This document shows, in pieces, positions 40,181-52,432 of a stretch of DNA of 64,000 nucleotides. The position numbers were made by a program, and so were the translations under genes. The notes under the pieces are model-generated. The model did no database searches. It saw only the letters and a program-made list of their open reading frames with translations, and was not told where the DNA came from. Each line of letters starts with the position of its first letter. Positions within the stretch are counted from its first letter, which is position 1. Origin of the DNA: Octopus sinensis (lineage: Eukaryota); NCBI RefSeq assembly GCF_006345805.1, contig NC_043004.1, positions 85,870,001 to 85,934,000 of the forward strand, in the 5' to 3' direction.

Positions 40181-40397
40181 TATTATTGTGGATGCACTTG
40201 CATGGCAATGACCTGATCTGAGATCGTGTGCTGAAACAAAACCAATTACAGTGTAGAAGGTATTCATAAGACATTTCAAAACACACTAAAACTGTTACAT
40301 TCACTTCAACTTTTAAATTTAAACGTTGAAGTGAATCTAACGGTTTTTGGGTGTTTTTAAATGGCTTATAAACACCTTCCACGCTGCAATTGTATAT
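40181..40397. mobile_element. Family D fold-back, centre 40317/40318, lacking the hammerhead segment
   Basis: GATCTGAGATCGTGTGCTGAAAC long arm; short arm ends CTGCAATTGTATAT as at 19271-19284. Confidence 0.85.
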
Positions 40398-40536
40398 AAA
40401 TGTATGTGTATGCATATATATATATATATATTTCGTTTTTGGATTTGGTTTGCAAGATACTTTATATGAGTTTGTGTGTTGAATCATATTCTGTTGTCTG
40501 GGGAGAGTCATTTTCTTTTTGTACTTTATTATGTAA

Positions 40537-40715
40537 CAAACTCACCTGTAAAATTTCCACTTTTTTTCTTATTTTCATTGTCCTAAAGTTTTCGTTACAA
40601 CCTTTTCAATAGTTTTGACTTTGAGAGTCAAAACTATTGAAAAAGTTTCAAGACGCAACGAAAATTTTAGGGCAATAAAAATAAGAAAAAAGTGGAAATT
40701 TTACAGGTGAGTTTG
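40537..40715. mobile_element. Family H fold-back (arms 40537-40620 / 40626-40715) with U3-A8 hammerhead-like motif at 40634-40670 (+)
   Basis: Inverted repeat with loop TTGAG; CTA-TTGAAAA-A-GTTTC-AAGAC-GCAAC-GAA-AATT-T-TAG. Confidence 0.8.
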
Positions 40716-40719
40716 CTAA

Positions 40720-40760
<41 letters not shown>

Positions 40761-40794
40761 TAAATGTATGTATGTGTCTGTGTGTGTGTGTGTA

Positions 40795-40830
<36 letters not shown>

Positions 40831-40959
40831 TGTGTGTGTGTGTGTAAAAATAGACGTTATTCGTTAGTCTTTATTCTTTAGTAGATATCAATCATTACAC
40901 TGCAGCTATAGGAGGCAATGCAATCAAAGGCTTTACTTTATCACATCGATCAGACTATT

Positions 40960-41095
40960 AGCTTTGGTCTGGTACATATTTTATCGATCTCACTGTATCG
41001 AATCGTTAAAATACATTTTATACACACCAACACACGCACGAACTACGCATGCATATCTGTCCATACATACAAGCACACATACATATATTTATATA

Positions 41096-41126
<31 letters not shown>

Positions 41127-41320
41127 ATATATGAATATATAATATATATATATTATATATTATATATATGTATATAAATATTTGTATACATATATATGTA
41201 TGTATGCTTTTATGTATGGACAGATATGCATGCATAGTTCGTGCGTGTGTTGGTGTGTATAAAATGTATTTTAACGATTCGATACAGAGAGATCGATAAA
41301 ATATGTACCAGACCAAAGCT
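40960..41320. repeat. Inverted duplication (~130-bp arms) around a (TA)n spacer
   Basis: AGCTTTGGTCTGGTACATATTTTATCGATCTC... and its reverse complement ending GACCAAAGCT; about 4 mismatches. Confidence 0.9.
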
Positions 41321-41327
41321 GGATATA

Positions 41328-41377
<50 letters not shown>

Positions 41378-41749
41378 TATATATATATCCATACTTACGC
41401 ATGCATGTATGTATATTAATGCAGACAAGCTCGCACATATATGGACAAGCTGCGAGAAAGAACATGGAAGAATTGATAGCAATGAAAATCTATTTTAGCA
41501 TAGCAACATATCAACTGAAGGAATTACATGACTCATATTACTATGGCACTACAACTGAGCTGCAATACTAATAATCTCCAAAAATTCTCAGATTTATCGT
41601 GTGGCATGAGGTAAGTTACTGACGCCTACCTGGAGAAATAAAAGTCGTTGTTTTCCAGACTGGTTTTATTAATTGGTTTCTTTTATCAATCATGCATCAT
41701 ATACATATAATAGATCACTTTGCCTACGATATATTTGTATATGTATATG

Positions 41750-41855
<106 letters not shown>

Positions 41856-42111
41856 CAGAGAGAGAGAGAGATTTTATGTATGTGATTATGTATATATATC
41901 AACATGTCGGAGGGGCTTTCTTGCCCGGATTGGCCTCACCAACCACCTCCGGTCTCATAGCAACAATTCAACCAAATGATGTCAATGTTCATCTTCGAAC
42001 ATTATTATATCAACATATACGTACACACATGCATACATTTCGAGAGACACACAAACAAACGCACACAATCCCACACGCATCCATACGCCTCCCCCTACAT
42101 ACATATATATA

Positions 42112-42223
42112 TAGGTGCATGTTCAGCTGTCAAATTAAGAAGGTTGCTTCCCATCCTACTATAACCGCGGGCCGCCCAAAGCCTTGTTAGTGGATTTGGT
42201 ATACGGAAACTGAAAGAAGCCCG

Positions 42224-42269
<46 letters not shown>

Positions 42270-42911
42270 TTATTAGTAAGGGCTAAAGAAAATTATTTCA
42301 ATGCCAATATGCTGATAACAGACTATTAAATCGTCAATTTCCACCTATTATTTACTCGCTACAGAAAAAAACGAAGAACTGAAATCGGGCAAGCCCGCCG
42401 ATAGAATAATTTTTTAAAAGTTCGTTATTTTTATAACGCAGTAGAACATGCGAAAAGATATAAATAAGATACTTACATGCGCCCATGGAAAAAGCCGAAG
42501 CAAAAATCATGAGTACATATAAGTACCCCAGATATATCTAAAAATAAAATTCTCTGGTCAGCCTCAGCACAACGTGTTGACTGTTCTCCACTACAGATTA
42601 TAGTGGTTATCAGTCCCTATAGCGAGTAGTAATAAGTCTACTACTAATATAGGATGAAGTTTCTTTACAGAAAAAAATTCCATCAAAAAATGTGGCACCA
42701 TATTAAAATACCTTTACGGTTAAAATTCTAAACAACTTATAAGTTAGGGCTAAAGAAAATTATTTCAATGCCAATATGCTGATAACAGACTATTAAATCG
42801 TCAATGTCCACATAATATTTACTCGATAATAATATTAGGGATTAAATCCAAACTTACAGGGAAAAATTAGATTTAAGATTAAATCAAATTTCACAGTATA
42901 AATATAAATTG

Positions 42912-42957
<46 letters not shown>

Positions 42958-43185
42958 GTGTAAGGAGGTATGGATGTATTTCTGTAATTGTGCTTGACCC
43001 CTACCACTCCTTGACAACCGATGTTTTTGTGTTTGCTTCCCCTTTACCTAGCGGTTCGGCAAAGCAGGCCGATAGAATAAGTACAAGACTTTCAAAGAAT
43101 AAGTCCTTCGGTCGATTTATTCGACTAAAGGTGTTGCTCCATCATGGCCGCAGTCAAACGACTTAAGCAAGTGAAAGAATAAAAT
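42112..43185 (+). mobile_element. SINE family C split by a ~640-bp insertion within its TA tract
   Basis: 5' part 42112-42270 (GCCTTGTTAGTGGATTTGG...GAAGCCCGTC); 3' part 42960-43185 (TTGACAACCGATG...CATGGCCGCAGTC). Confidence 0.8.
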
Positions 43186-43189
43186 AATA

Positions 43190-43232
<43 letters not shown>

Positions 43233-44082
43233 GCATATAGTGTGTGTGTGTGTGTATATATAGATATGTATGTATATAGTGTGTGTGTATGTATATATAT
43301 ATAACTTGGTTGTGAACCTTGTAGGTTGCTTTATAAATCTCGTCCACATATATCGGTTACCAGGTGCAGTTTAGCAACTTAAAAGCGAGCGTGTTATCTG
43401 AGATACATTCGGAAATTCATGTATATTCGTTGAGCATGTATATAAAAAATGTGTAAATACGAAAGACTGGATTTTTTTTACTTAATACACTAATTGTTTT
43501 ATCTTCGCTTTTCTAGCAGATATTTGCCGAAGCATTATTATGAGTACATTAAATAAATTACATTGCGCTCCAGTATTATTTAAGTTACATTAGCAAATGA
43601 ACACTCCTCAGGTATGTGCGCAAAGTGTTTGGTACATTAAACCAATATCCTACAGAATATATACTTCATATTTATTCTACTATAATTCTTCATTAGCATA
43701 AAAGCCACACCCTCCGCCGCAAAAAAAAAACAAACAACATTATGCTGTTAAGCCCCAAGTACAGCTGAGCTGAATATGGCTTAATTTAGCAAACGCTTTA
43801 TGTTCATACTTGAGAAGGCTTCCTTTGCCAATGTTGCTGAAATGGTATGTAATATGTTTAATGCAATTATATAATATTTAGGCAAGAAACTGCTAGTAAA
43901 GCGAAGATGAATCAGTTGTAGGATTATAAGGATAAAGCGTGTTTGCTCAATTAAAATTTCTCCTCTTTACCTTTTCATACACACAAACACAAATACAAAC
44001 AGTTGCACACACACTCTTAAATATAAATACATACATACATACATACATGCATGCATACATACATACATAATATATATATATA

Positions 44083-44145
<63 letters not shown>

Positions 44146-44170
44146 GTATATGTATATATATATATAAGAA

Positions 44171-44359
44171 TATATAGAAGGAGCTTCCACAGGACTAGAA
44201 CTGTTTCATTCAAAAGAAATCATCTGGAAGCTTCCTGATGATTTCTTTTGAATGAAACAGTTCTAGTCCTGTAGAAGCTCCTTCTATATAATAAATTAAT
44301 TACTCTGCTATGTATTGAGTACCTTATTTACTGTGGTTAAACCCGACTCGACCGGGACC

Positions 44360-44365
<6 letters not shown>
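44171..44365. mobile_element. Family G fold-back (60-bp arms, zero loop) plus 3' tail into (TA)n
   Basis: 44171-44230 is the reverse complement of 44231-44290 with 2 mismatches. Confidence 0.92.
44229..44279 (+). ncRNA. Type I hammerhead ribozyme motif, canonical core, GUA triplet (family G)
   Basis: AGCTTC-CTGATGA-TTTCTTTTGAAT-GAA-ACAG-TTCTAGTC-CTGT-A-GAAGCT; predicted cut after 44273; stem II weak. Confidence 0.72.
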
Positions 44366-44413
<48 letters not shown>

Positions 44414-44528
44414 TATATATATAGTATATGATATATATATATAGACATTACACACACACACATTATATATATATATGCATATATATTATATATATATATA
44501 TATTATATATATTATATATATAATAAAT

Positions 44529-44607
<79 letters not shown>

Positions 44608-44642
44608 AAAGGTTTGAAAATGCAATTTAAACGATGTTTATT

Positions 44643-44684
44643 TACTTAACCGGTTCACTCTTTGGTAAAAGATTGTCAAAAGTA
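44643..44684 (-). ncRNA. Degenerate U3-A8 hammerhead-like motif
   Basis: TACTT-TTGACAA-TCTTTTACCAAAGAGT-GAA-CCGGT-T-AAGTA; tail runs into (TA)n at ~44600. Confidence 0.45.
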
Positions 44685-45315
44685 ACATTGAATATTATGG
44701 TTCAAAAAAAGTTTTTTACATAATTGTCACATTGAATATTATGAATTCAAAAATGTTTTTTTATACATAATTGTCACATTACATGTATAAATATAGTATA
44801 AAAAAGTTCAATAGTGTGATGAGAATATTTGTAAAAATTGGCAGAAAAGAATAAAACAAATATATTATTGGAAATTTGGTTGCGTTAATTATTGGTTGTC
44901 GCAATTGTCACATTACATGTATATATATACAGTCTTTGGTAGAAAGGACATGTTAAAGACATAAGGAAGTGTAATAGTTTGGTGAGAAAGCTTGTAATAT
45001 TGACAGAGAAAATTAAAATGGATATTTTAGACATCTCAGAATATTTTGAATCGAAGGCGAGAATTTGTTTTTTACTGACCTGTTTGTTTCAGCAGAAAAG
45101 TTGAATTGAGAGAAAAAAAGATGTGTACCCAGTTTGGTTTATACTTCCCCTTCAAGCATCAGTGATTTTGGGGTTATTGGGAGGTGAGTATGCGGGTGTG
45201 AATAGATGTGTCCGTGTGCCTGCTGGTCAGACAGCGTCTGTTTGTCACACACATATATACACACCCACAACAACAACAACACACACACACATAGTATATA
45301 TATATATATAAATAA

Positions 45316-45346
<31 letters not shown>

Positions 45347-45360
45347 GTATAGATATATGT

Positions 45361-45392
<32 letters not shown>

Positions 45393-45402
45393 ATATATAT
45401 AT

Positions 45403-45490
<88 letters not shown>

Positions 45491-45779
45491 TATATTATTT
45501 ATTCTCAGTCTGTTTCACAATCTAATTATTTGCAATCCCTGTTCTGGGTTTTCCACGTGCAATTGGATAATGATACTCTACATGGAGCTATAAACACACC
45601 AGTCTTAGTCATACATCAAACTGGACGCACAAGAGATAATATACACACATACACACGTATAAATATATATATATATACATGTACATACATACTTATAAGC
45701 AATAACTGTAAGCTAGCTTAAACATGTATCCAAGATACCTCAACGAATTTCTCCAGGTGCATTTTGAGTTCAACAGAAT

Positions 45780-46960
45780 AGAGGCTAAATATTCTTACAC
45801 TTAAAGTGAGAGCGAATATTCCAAGGAGAATATTCAAAGCGAATAATCCAAGAAGGATGCTCTGTAGCTCTTTTTACTTCGGCATAATATCCATTATCAT
45901 TTCTGCTACAAAAATCAAATGGTTACATGCTATAGTCTACAGTTGCTGGAAATATCAATGTAACCCATAATTTCTTTGTTGATGAAGTGACGATTTATAC
46001 TAAAAAGATTAACGATAGCAAAAACAACTGGAGTTGATAAGATTTTTTAGCTGGTATAAGAATCAATAAAGGTTGTATTTAATTGATGCACGTGGAAAAT
46101 CATTTCCTCAGACCCCTAACTTGTGCATTAACAAGCACTCTATGACTCTTGAACTCCACAAAGAATGCTATAAATACCTAGGTATTAATGAAAATATATC
46201 ATTCGTAGCAACTATGAATAAAAATGGAGTGTCCTGAGAATATTATACAGTATTAAGAAAACCTTGTCAGTCGGAACTCTCTTCTAACAACAAGACGATA
46301 TCCCAAAATGCATTTGTAGTATAAGTGCTGATTCCAATATTTGGATACTTGACAGGTCTGTCGAGGAAATCCACTCCAAATACATTAAAACCGGCAACAT
46401 CTTGACATCAACTAGAAAATTTCACTGAAACAGTGATTTTGACAGTCTCGCACTAAGAAAAAATGAAGGAGGTAGAGGCTTGAGCTGAGTGTAGACAGCC
46501 TTCGAATATATAGTCTGTCTCATACCTCACATAATAAGAGCAACAGAAATAGATATATAACCTTACAGCTGGAAAAAGAAATGAACAACATTCTACGCGT
46601 CGGCAGTGAGATTTTCGTGAAGCACTGATGACCTCCTACACAAACACAAAATGGCTGCCTTAACATACATCCAAGAAGACCAGGATGGTAAGCGCTCAGT
46701 ATAGCAAAACAATACTATGTATGAGTATGTTTGCCGAAGACATGAAGGAGACAATATTATCGACATGAAGTGCAGCCTCTATGGGACTTGTGATTACTAC
46801 ATCGCATCACACTTCGATGGTTGTGTATTTGCAATCCAAGAACAGGAAATTGCAACGAAATTCCTAGAAAAGAAAAGAGGCACTTAAGCCTTTAGAGCAC
46901 AAAGATGCTACCAAAAAGGCTGTTTGTCATATTTCTGTGGAAGATGTCAGCAGACCCTCC
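45780..46960 (+). mobile_element. Ancient, heavily degraded R4/Dong-type LINE (RT to linker region)
   Basis: Broken frames give IIQEGCSVALF..YPLSFLL, YKYLGINE, LRKNEGGRGL, GCVFAIQEQEIATK. Confidence 0.65.
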
Positions 46961-47784
46961 CAATGTAATACGACGCGATGGCTAAATGAATATTCACTAC
47001 TATTCGAAAAAGCAAAGACCTGGTATAAATTTAGAGAATCCACCTGTTATGGAATATATATATATATATAGACAAACATCAATACACGGATTATTTTGCC
47101 AAGTGTAAACGCACAGGCTTGAATTTTTTATTTGGGACAGTCAAGAAAATTGTATGTATCTTCATGGAGATCAACCACCTTGCTAATGTGAATTTTTCTT
47201 CAAAAATTAAGCAAATGAATAACTATGGACAACGGCTTCGAAATCAGCGCACATGGTTTTGTGAATAAATACCGAAGTGACAAACCAGATAAGCAAGGGT
47301 TTTCAGTGACATACGTCAAACGGACAATGCACATATTAGAATTACAATCTGTATATGGAACAATAAAAATATGCAAAACTTTCTCAAATTTAAATTATCG
47401 ATTTCATTTGCTTTGCTTTTTATTTTAGTTTGCTATCTCTCTTCCAACGTCATAGCTTTGTTAGAAACGAGCTCCTTCTTCAGGGAAAGATTTTAAATGA
47501 TTGCAAAACAGAAGAATACATACATACGTACATACGTACATACATGTACACACATACATACATACATACATACATACATACATACATACATAATACATAC
47601 ATACTACATGCACACATAATATACATAAGGATATGGCAACGATTTCGATAAGGGGGTTCTGAATTATTAAATTTTCTCCACAGTTAAGTAGCCGCGTTGC
47701 GAAAAAAAGAATAAAATGCCGTAAATATTTTAAATAGATCTGTGCGCTTCGTATAAGTATGTGTACATGTATGCATCTGTGTAC

Positions 47785-47945
47785 GTAAGTATGTATGTAT
47801 GTATGTATGTATGTATGTATGTATGTATGTATGTATGTATGTATGTATGTATGTATGTATTATGTATGTATGTATGTAAGTATGTATGTATGTATGTATG
47901 TATGTATGTATGTATGTATGTATGTATGAATGTATGTATGTATGT
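47785..47945. repeat. (ATGT)n microsatellite
   Basis: About 38 units. Confidence 0.95.
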
Positions 47946-48252
47946 GCGTGTGTACGTACGTATGTATGTATATATATATATATATGTATGTATGTAAAAA
48001 CAAGTAACCCAAAACATTCAGTTTCAGACATTGAAGCGATATAATGTAAAATTCTACATAGATCATGTATGCAAGCCCTTTTCATCTGTCGCTCGTAAAT
48101 ATGACATATTTATTTTTACTCCGATCGTTATTTACATACAATGCTATCTCTCAGGCACGTATAGCATGCCTTGTATCCGTGCATTCAGAAAACGCAGATA
48201 ATATACATGCATACTTACATACATGTAAATATGCATATCATACGTATGTGTG

Positions 48253-48286
<34 letters not shown>

Positions 48287-48770
48287 CGTATGTATGTATA
48301 CATGCATATATATATATATATGTGTATATGTATACATGTATATATGAATGTATGTATGTATGTATGTATGTATGTATGTATGTATGTATGTATGTATGTA
48401 TGTATGCATGTATGTATGTATTTATGTATGTATGTATGTATGTATGTATGTATATACTTACTTGGAAATGAATGCATTCAACGAATCTTAGCTGAATTTT
48501 ACAATCTGTAAATATTGATAATATTTTATAAGCTTAAAGCTTATAAACGATTACCGTGTATTGACTAAAATAAATAGTTTAATATTGGGGGCATATAAGA
48601 CACCGAAGTAAAAAAAAACAAAAAAACTAGGGCTTACCGTACGCATGGGCAAACCTTACTTATCTCTGTCGAGGGTTTACATGTCTCAATATTAGACTAT
48701 TTACTTTAGAAAATGCACTGTGATCGCTTATTGTTATTTACTCACATACGCACATACACATATACACACA

Positions 48771-48813
<43 letters not shown>

Positions 48814-49377
48814 CTTAAGAAGGACATTAAGGCAAGGCAAACATCTCAAGTTATATACGATATTATTACAGGAAGAAATTCAAAATCTTACACTTATTTC
48901 TTGGATATCCTCGAGTGTGGGATATACCGTCATCATAGACAAATTGGGGAGAACTAAGGAAAATGATAATGGTATATATCAATAAGATGATGACATAGAA
49001 GAGAGTAAGAGAATCAGGAGATGGAAAGAGAGAAGAAAAAGGAAGCATGAAAATTCATAGTTTAACTTTCCGAAGTTATAGAAAGCAAAGCATGAGTCCG
49101 TAGGTGCAATCCTCCGTATATTTATGAGTATAATTCTTTAGGTGCAATCCAGCGTATATCCATGTGGGTTAAAGTCTTTATGTAGTAGATATCCCAAGGA
49201 AAAGGCGCAAACATATAAACGTTCAATAACAGAATCCCAAACTCGAGGAAATCTCAGAAACTGCTGTAAAATTTTGAATTTCTTCATGTAATAATATTGT
49301 ATTTTATTACATATTCATAGATAAGCGCATCAGGGTCCAAGAATGAACTTTACAGAACACTTTCCAATGACAAACAT

Positions 49378-49417
<40 letters not shown>

Positions 49418-50509
49418 CACACAAATATACGCATATGCGGCTATGTTGATATAAGTTTACACACACATGTATATAGATAGATAGATATATTGAGAGATAG
49501 ATAGATATAAGATATATGTGTGTGTGCGTGTGTATGTATATGTGTGGGCGTTTGTGTATTTACATACACAGAAATAAACATACGTATACATACTGATATT
49601 TGCATACATTTATACGCTCATATACACGCCGAAGAGAATCATACACTTATAAGTATGTAAATATGTACACACACATAGATATATATCCATACACAGGCAT
49701 GCACACATCCACACACATGCACATATTTACATAAGCGTATAATATATGAGTAACTGTGTGTAATACACATATAGCTATGAAATATATTGCTTTAAATATA
49801 CATTAGATTGCTCTCTTCTTTCTACTTTCATATAAGTTGGTTATTGATATTTTTATTGGATTTATTTTGGTGTTTCTGAATACTTTGAAGAATTATTTAT
49901 TGAAGAGATACTTATCATCATTAACCATTGAGATATATAACCTCTCTAATATATATATTTATACCTGCAGATCATAATAATTAATTAACTATAATTATAG
50001 ACTGAGCAAAAGACTCATTAAAATTTAAATTATTTCAAAAGCGAAGAACGACTTTATTACGAATGGGTAGTAAGTGCTGATTACATATTTCAATATGTAA
50101 TCAATATAGCTTGAATAAACATACTATTGCTATGTTGTGTGAAAGGGTGCTTATGATAGAGAATGAAAGATGGATGGAGGGAAAAAGATGGAAAGAGAAA
50201 GTGAGATGGATAGAGAGAGTGTGTATTAGATAATGGGAGAGAATTGAAGGGTGAAGGTGCGTAAGACAGTGGGAGAAAGTTGGATGGAAGGAAGGCGTGT
50301 GTGTGATAGAGGGAAATGAACGAAGGGAGAGTGTGTGAGTGACAGAGGTAAGAAGAGAAATATATAAATATTAATGAGCAGCCTGTCACTATAACATCAT
50401 TCCCTACAAAAATAACTCATTATAGAAGCATTAGTCATAACGTAGGGCATTAATAAGACAAATACACAGACAACACATACAGATCGCTAACAAGAATAAA
50501 CATGTGACT

Positions 50510-50660
50510 ATGAACGTAGGTTTAGATGGCTAAGAAGCTCACTTTTCAATCATTTCATTTGTGGTTCAGTCCCACTGCGTAGCACCCTGGGCAAGTGTCT
50601 TCTACTACAGCCGCGAACTCATCAATGTCTTATGGGTGAATTGTGTGTGATTATGTGTGT
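50510..50660 (+). mobile_element. SINE family C, 5' part
   Basis: GGTTCAGTCCCACTGCGTAGCACCCTGGGCAAGTGTCTTCTACTAC. Confidence 0.75.
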
Positions 50661-50689
50661 GCATATATGTAATGTATGTGTGTATATGA

Positions 50690-50975
50690 TGGGAGGAGAG
50701 CAAATGGCGTAGTGGTTTGAGTGTTGGACTCACGAGTGTGATGTCGTAGTTTCAATTTATGAACCGAGAAGTTTGTTGTGTTCTTGAACATAAAATAATC
50801 TCTCGTTGCTCTGCAATCACTTCCATTGTTGCCGTGTGGTACATCGCGCACCTGTTCAAGTAACGTTGATTTAATGGAAGGAGTGAGCTAGCATACGACA
50901 CGAACTTTCGGCCACTCTAAACAAACCATTCGTGCAGATTGTTTAGCAAGAAATTGCAGAACCGTCCTACTCTGA
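50690..50975 (+). mobile_element. tRNA-derived SINE, family L (diverged)
   Basis: TGGCGTAGTGG A-box, GTAGTTTCAATT B-box remnant, TTGTGTTCTTGAAC central motif. Confidence 0.6.
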
Positions 50976-51924
50976 CTCAAGGGGCTACCACCAAAATTTA
51001 ACGGACTTCCGCCCAGTTTCCTTCGTCCAAATTCTGTCATAACTATTAGTTGACCCAGGTACCAAGTAGAAGCCCAAGGTGCCGTGCAGCCGGACTGAAC
51101 CCGAAACCACGTGGTTTCAAATCGAGCTTCTTTCTTAACCACACAAAATCAAGTTAAATTTAGTCAACTATTTTCGGCTAATGCAGTAGAATTAGGAAAC
51201 ATGTATGATGGCAATAAGGACATTGTATGTTAAAACAAAACGAAAGAGATTTAATATGGAAATATAGAGAAAAATATACCTCTGTAAAGCGTTGAAAGAA
51301 GAACATAATCGTACTGGAAGGAAGGAAGGAAGGAAGGAAGGAAGGAAGGAAGGAGTCTAGTGAGGAAATATATAAAAGACTTGATCGACAGGAACGGAAG
51401 AAATAAATGATGAAAGTTGTGAACCAGTGGAGAAAGTCGTATTTTCTAGGGATAAAAGATTTCTACACCACGAAGCAAATAAAAGCACAAAGAAAATAAT
51501 AATAATAATAATAATGATAATAATAATAATATAATAATAATAATAATATAATAATAATAATAATAGAATAATATAATACTAATAAGAAGAAGAAGGAAGA
51601 AGAAGAAGAGAAGAAGAAGAAGAGAAGAAGAAGAAGACGAAAAAAAAAAATAATAATAATAATAATAAAATCTCAGGAAAAGAAATAGAATAGTAACAGC
51701 AGCAATAACGACGTTAGCAACGATAAACAGGTTGCGACGCACCCATTTTGTTTGTCTTTTATGTTTTAGATATTTTTATATTATCTCAAATGAAAAGATC
51801 GCCGCTGATGATTGGTTGAATTTTTTCATCTGTCATATAGTCTTTTTAAGACTTTTGTTCCGAGACACCTCACTATCCCACATCAACTTGTACCGAATAC
51901 ATGCGAACATAAACGAAGGTTAAT

Positions 51925-52432
51925 GTGTGCCTGCGTACATCTGAGGTGTGGGCACGTACGCGCGCGTGTGTATGTGTGCATTCGTTCCTGTGTGTGCGTG
52001 TGCGCATGTGAGTGTGTGTGTGCGCGCGCGTTTGTGCGTATGTGTGTGTGGATGTGTGTGCGGGTGTGCATGTATGCGTGTGTGCATTTGAGCGTGTGTG
52101 TGTGTGCGCGTGTGTGCGTATGTGTGTGCGTATGTGTGCGTGCGTGTGTGCATGTGTGTGTAAAAGGCGAAAGATTTATCCGCTCGGGGTGAGGAGAAAC
52201 CAGTGTGTGTGTGTTAGCGTGTGTGCGTGTGTGTGTTAGCGTGTGTGCGTGTGTGTGTTAGCGTGTGTGCGTGTGTGTGCGTATGTGTATGTGTGTGTGT
52301 GTATGTGTGTGTGCGTGTGTGTGTGCGTGTGTACATGCGTGTGTGCATGCGTGTGTGCATGTGTGTGTATGCATGTGTGTGTGCATGTGTGCATACGTGT
52401 GTGCATGTGTGTGTGTATGTGTGCGAGCATGT
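51925..52432. repeat. (GT/GC)n compound tract including 3 x 22-bp unit GTGTGTGTGTTAGCGTGTGTGC
   Basis: TTAGC recurs at 52214, 52236 and 52258. Confidence 0.9.
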
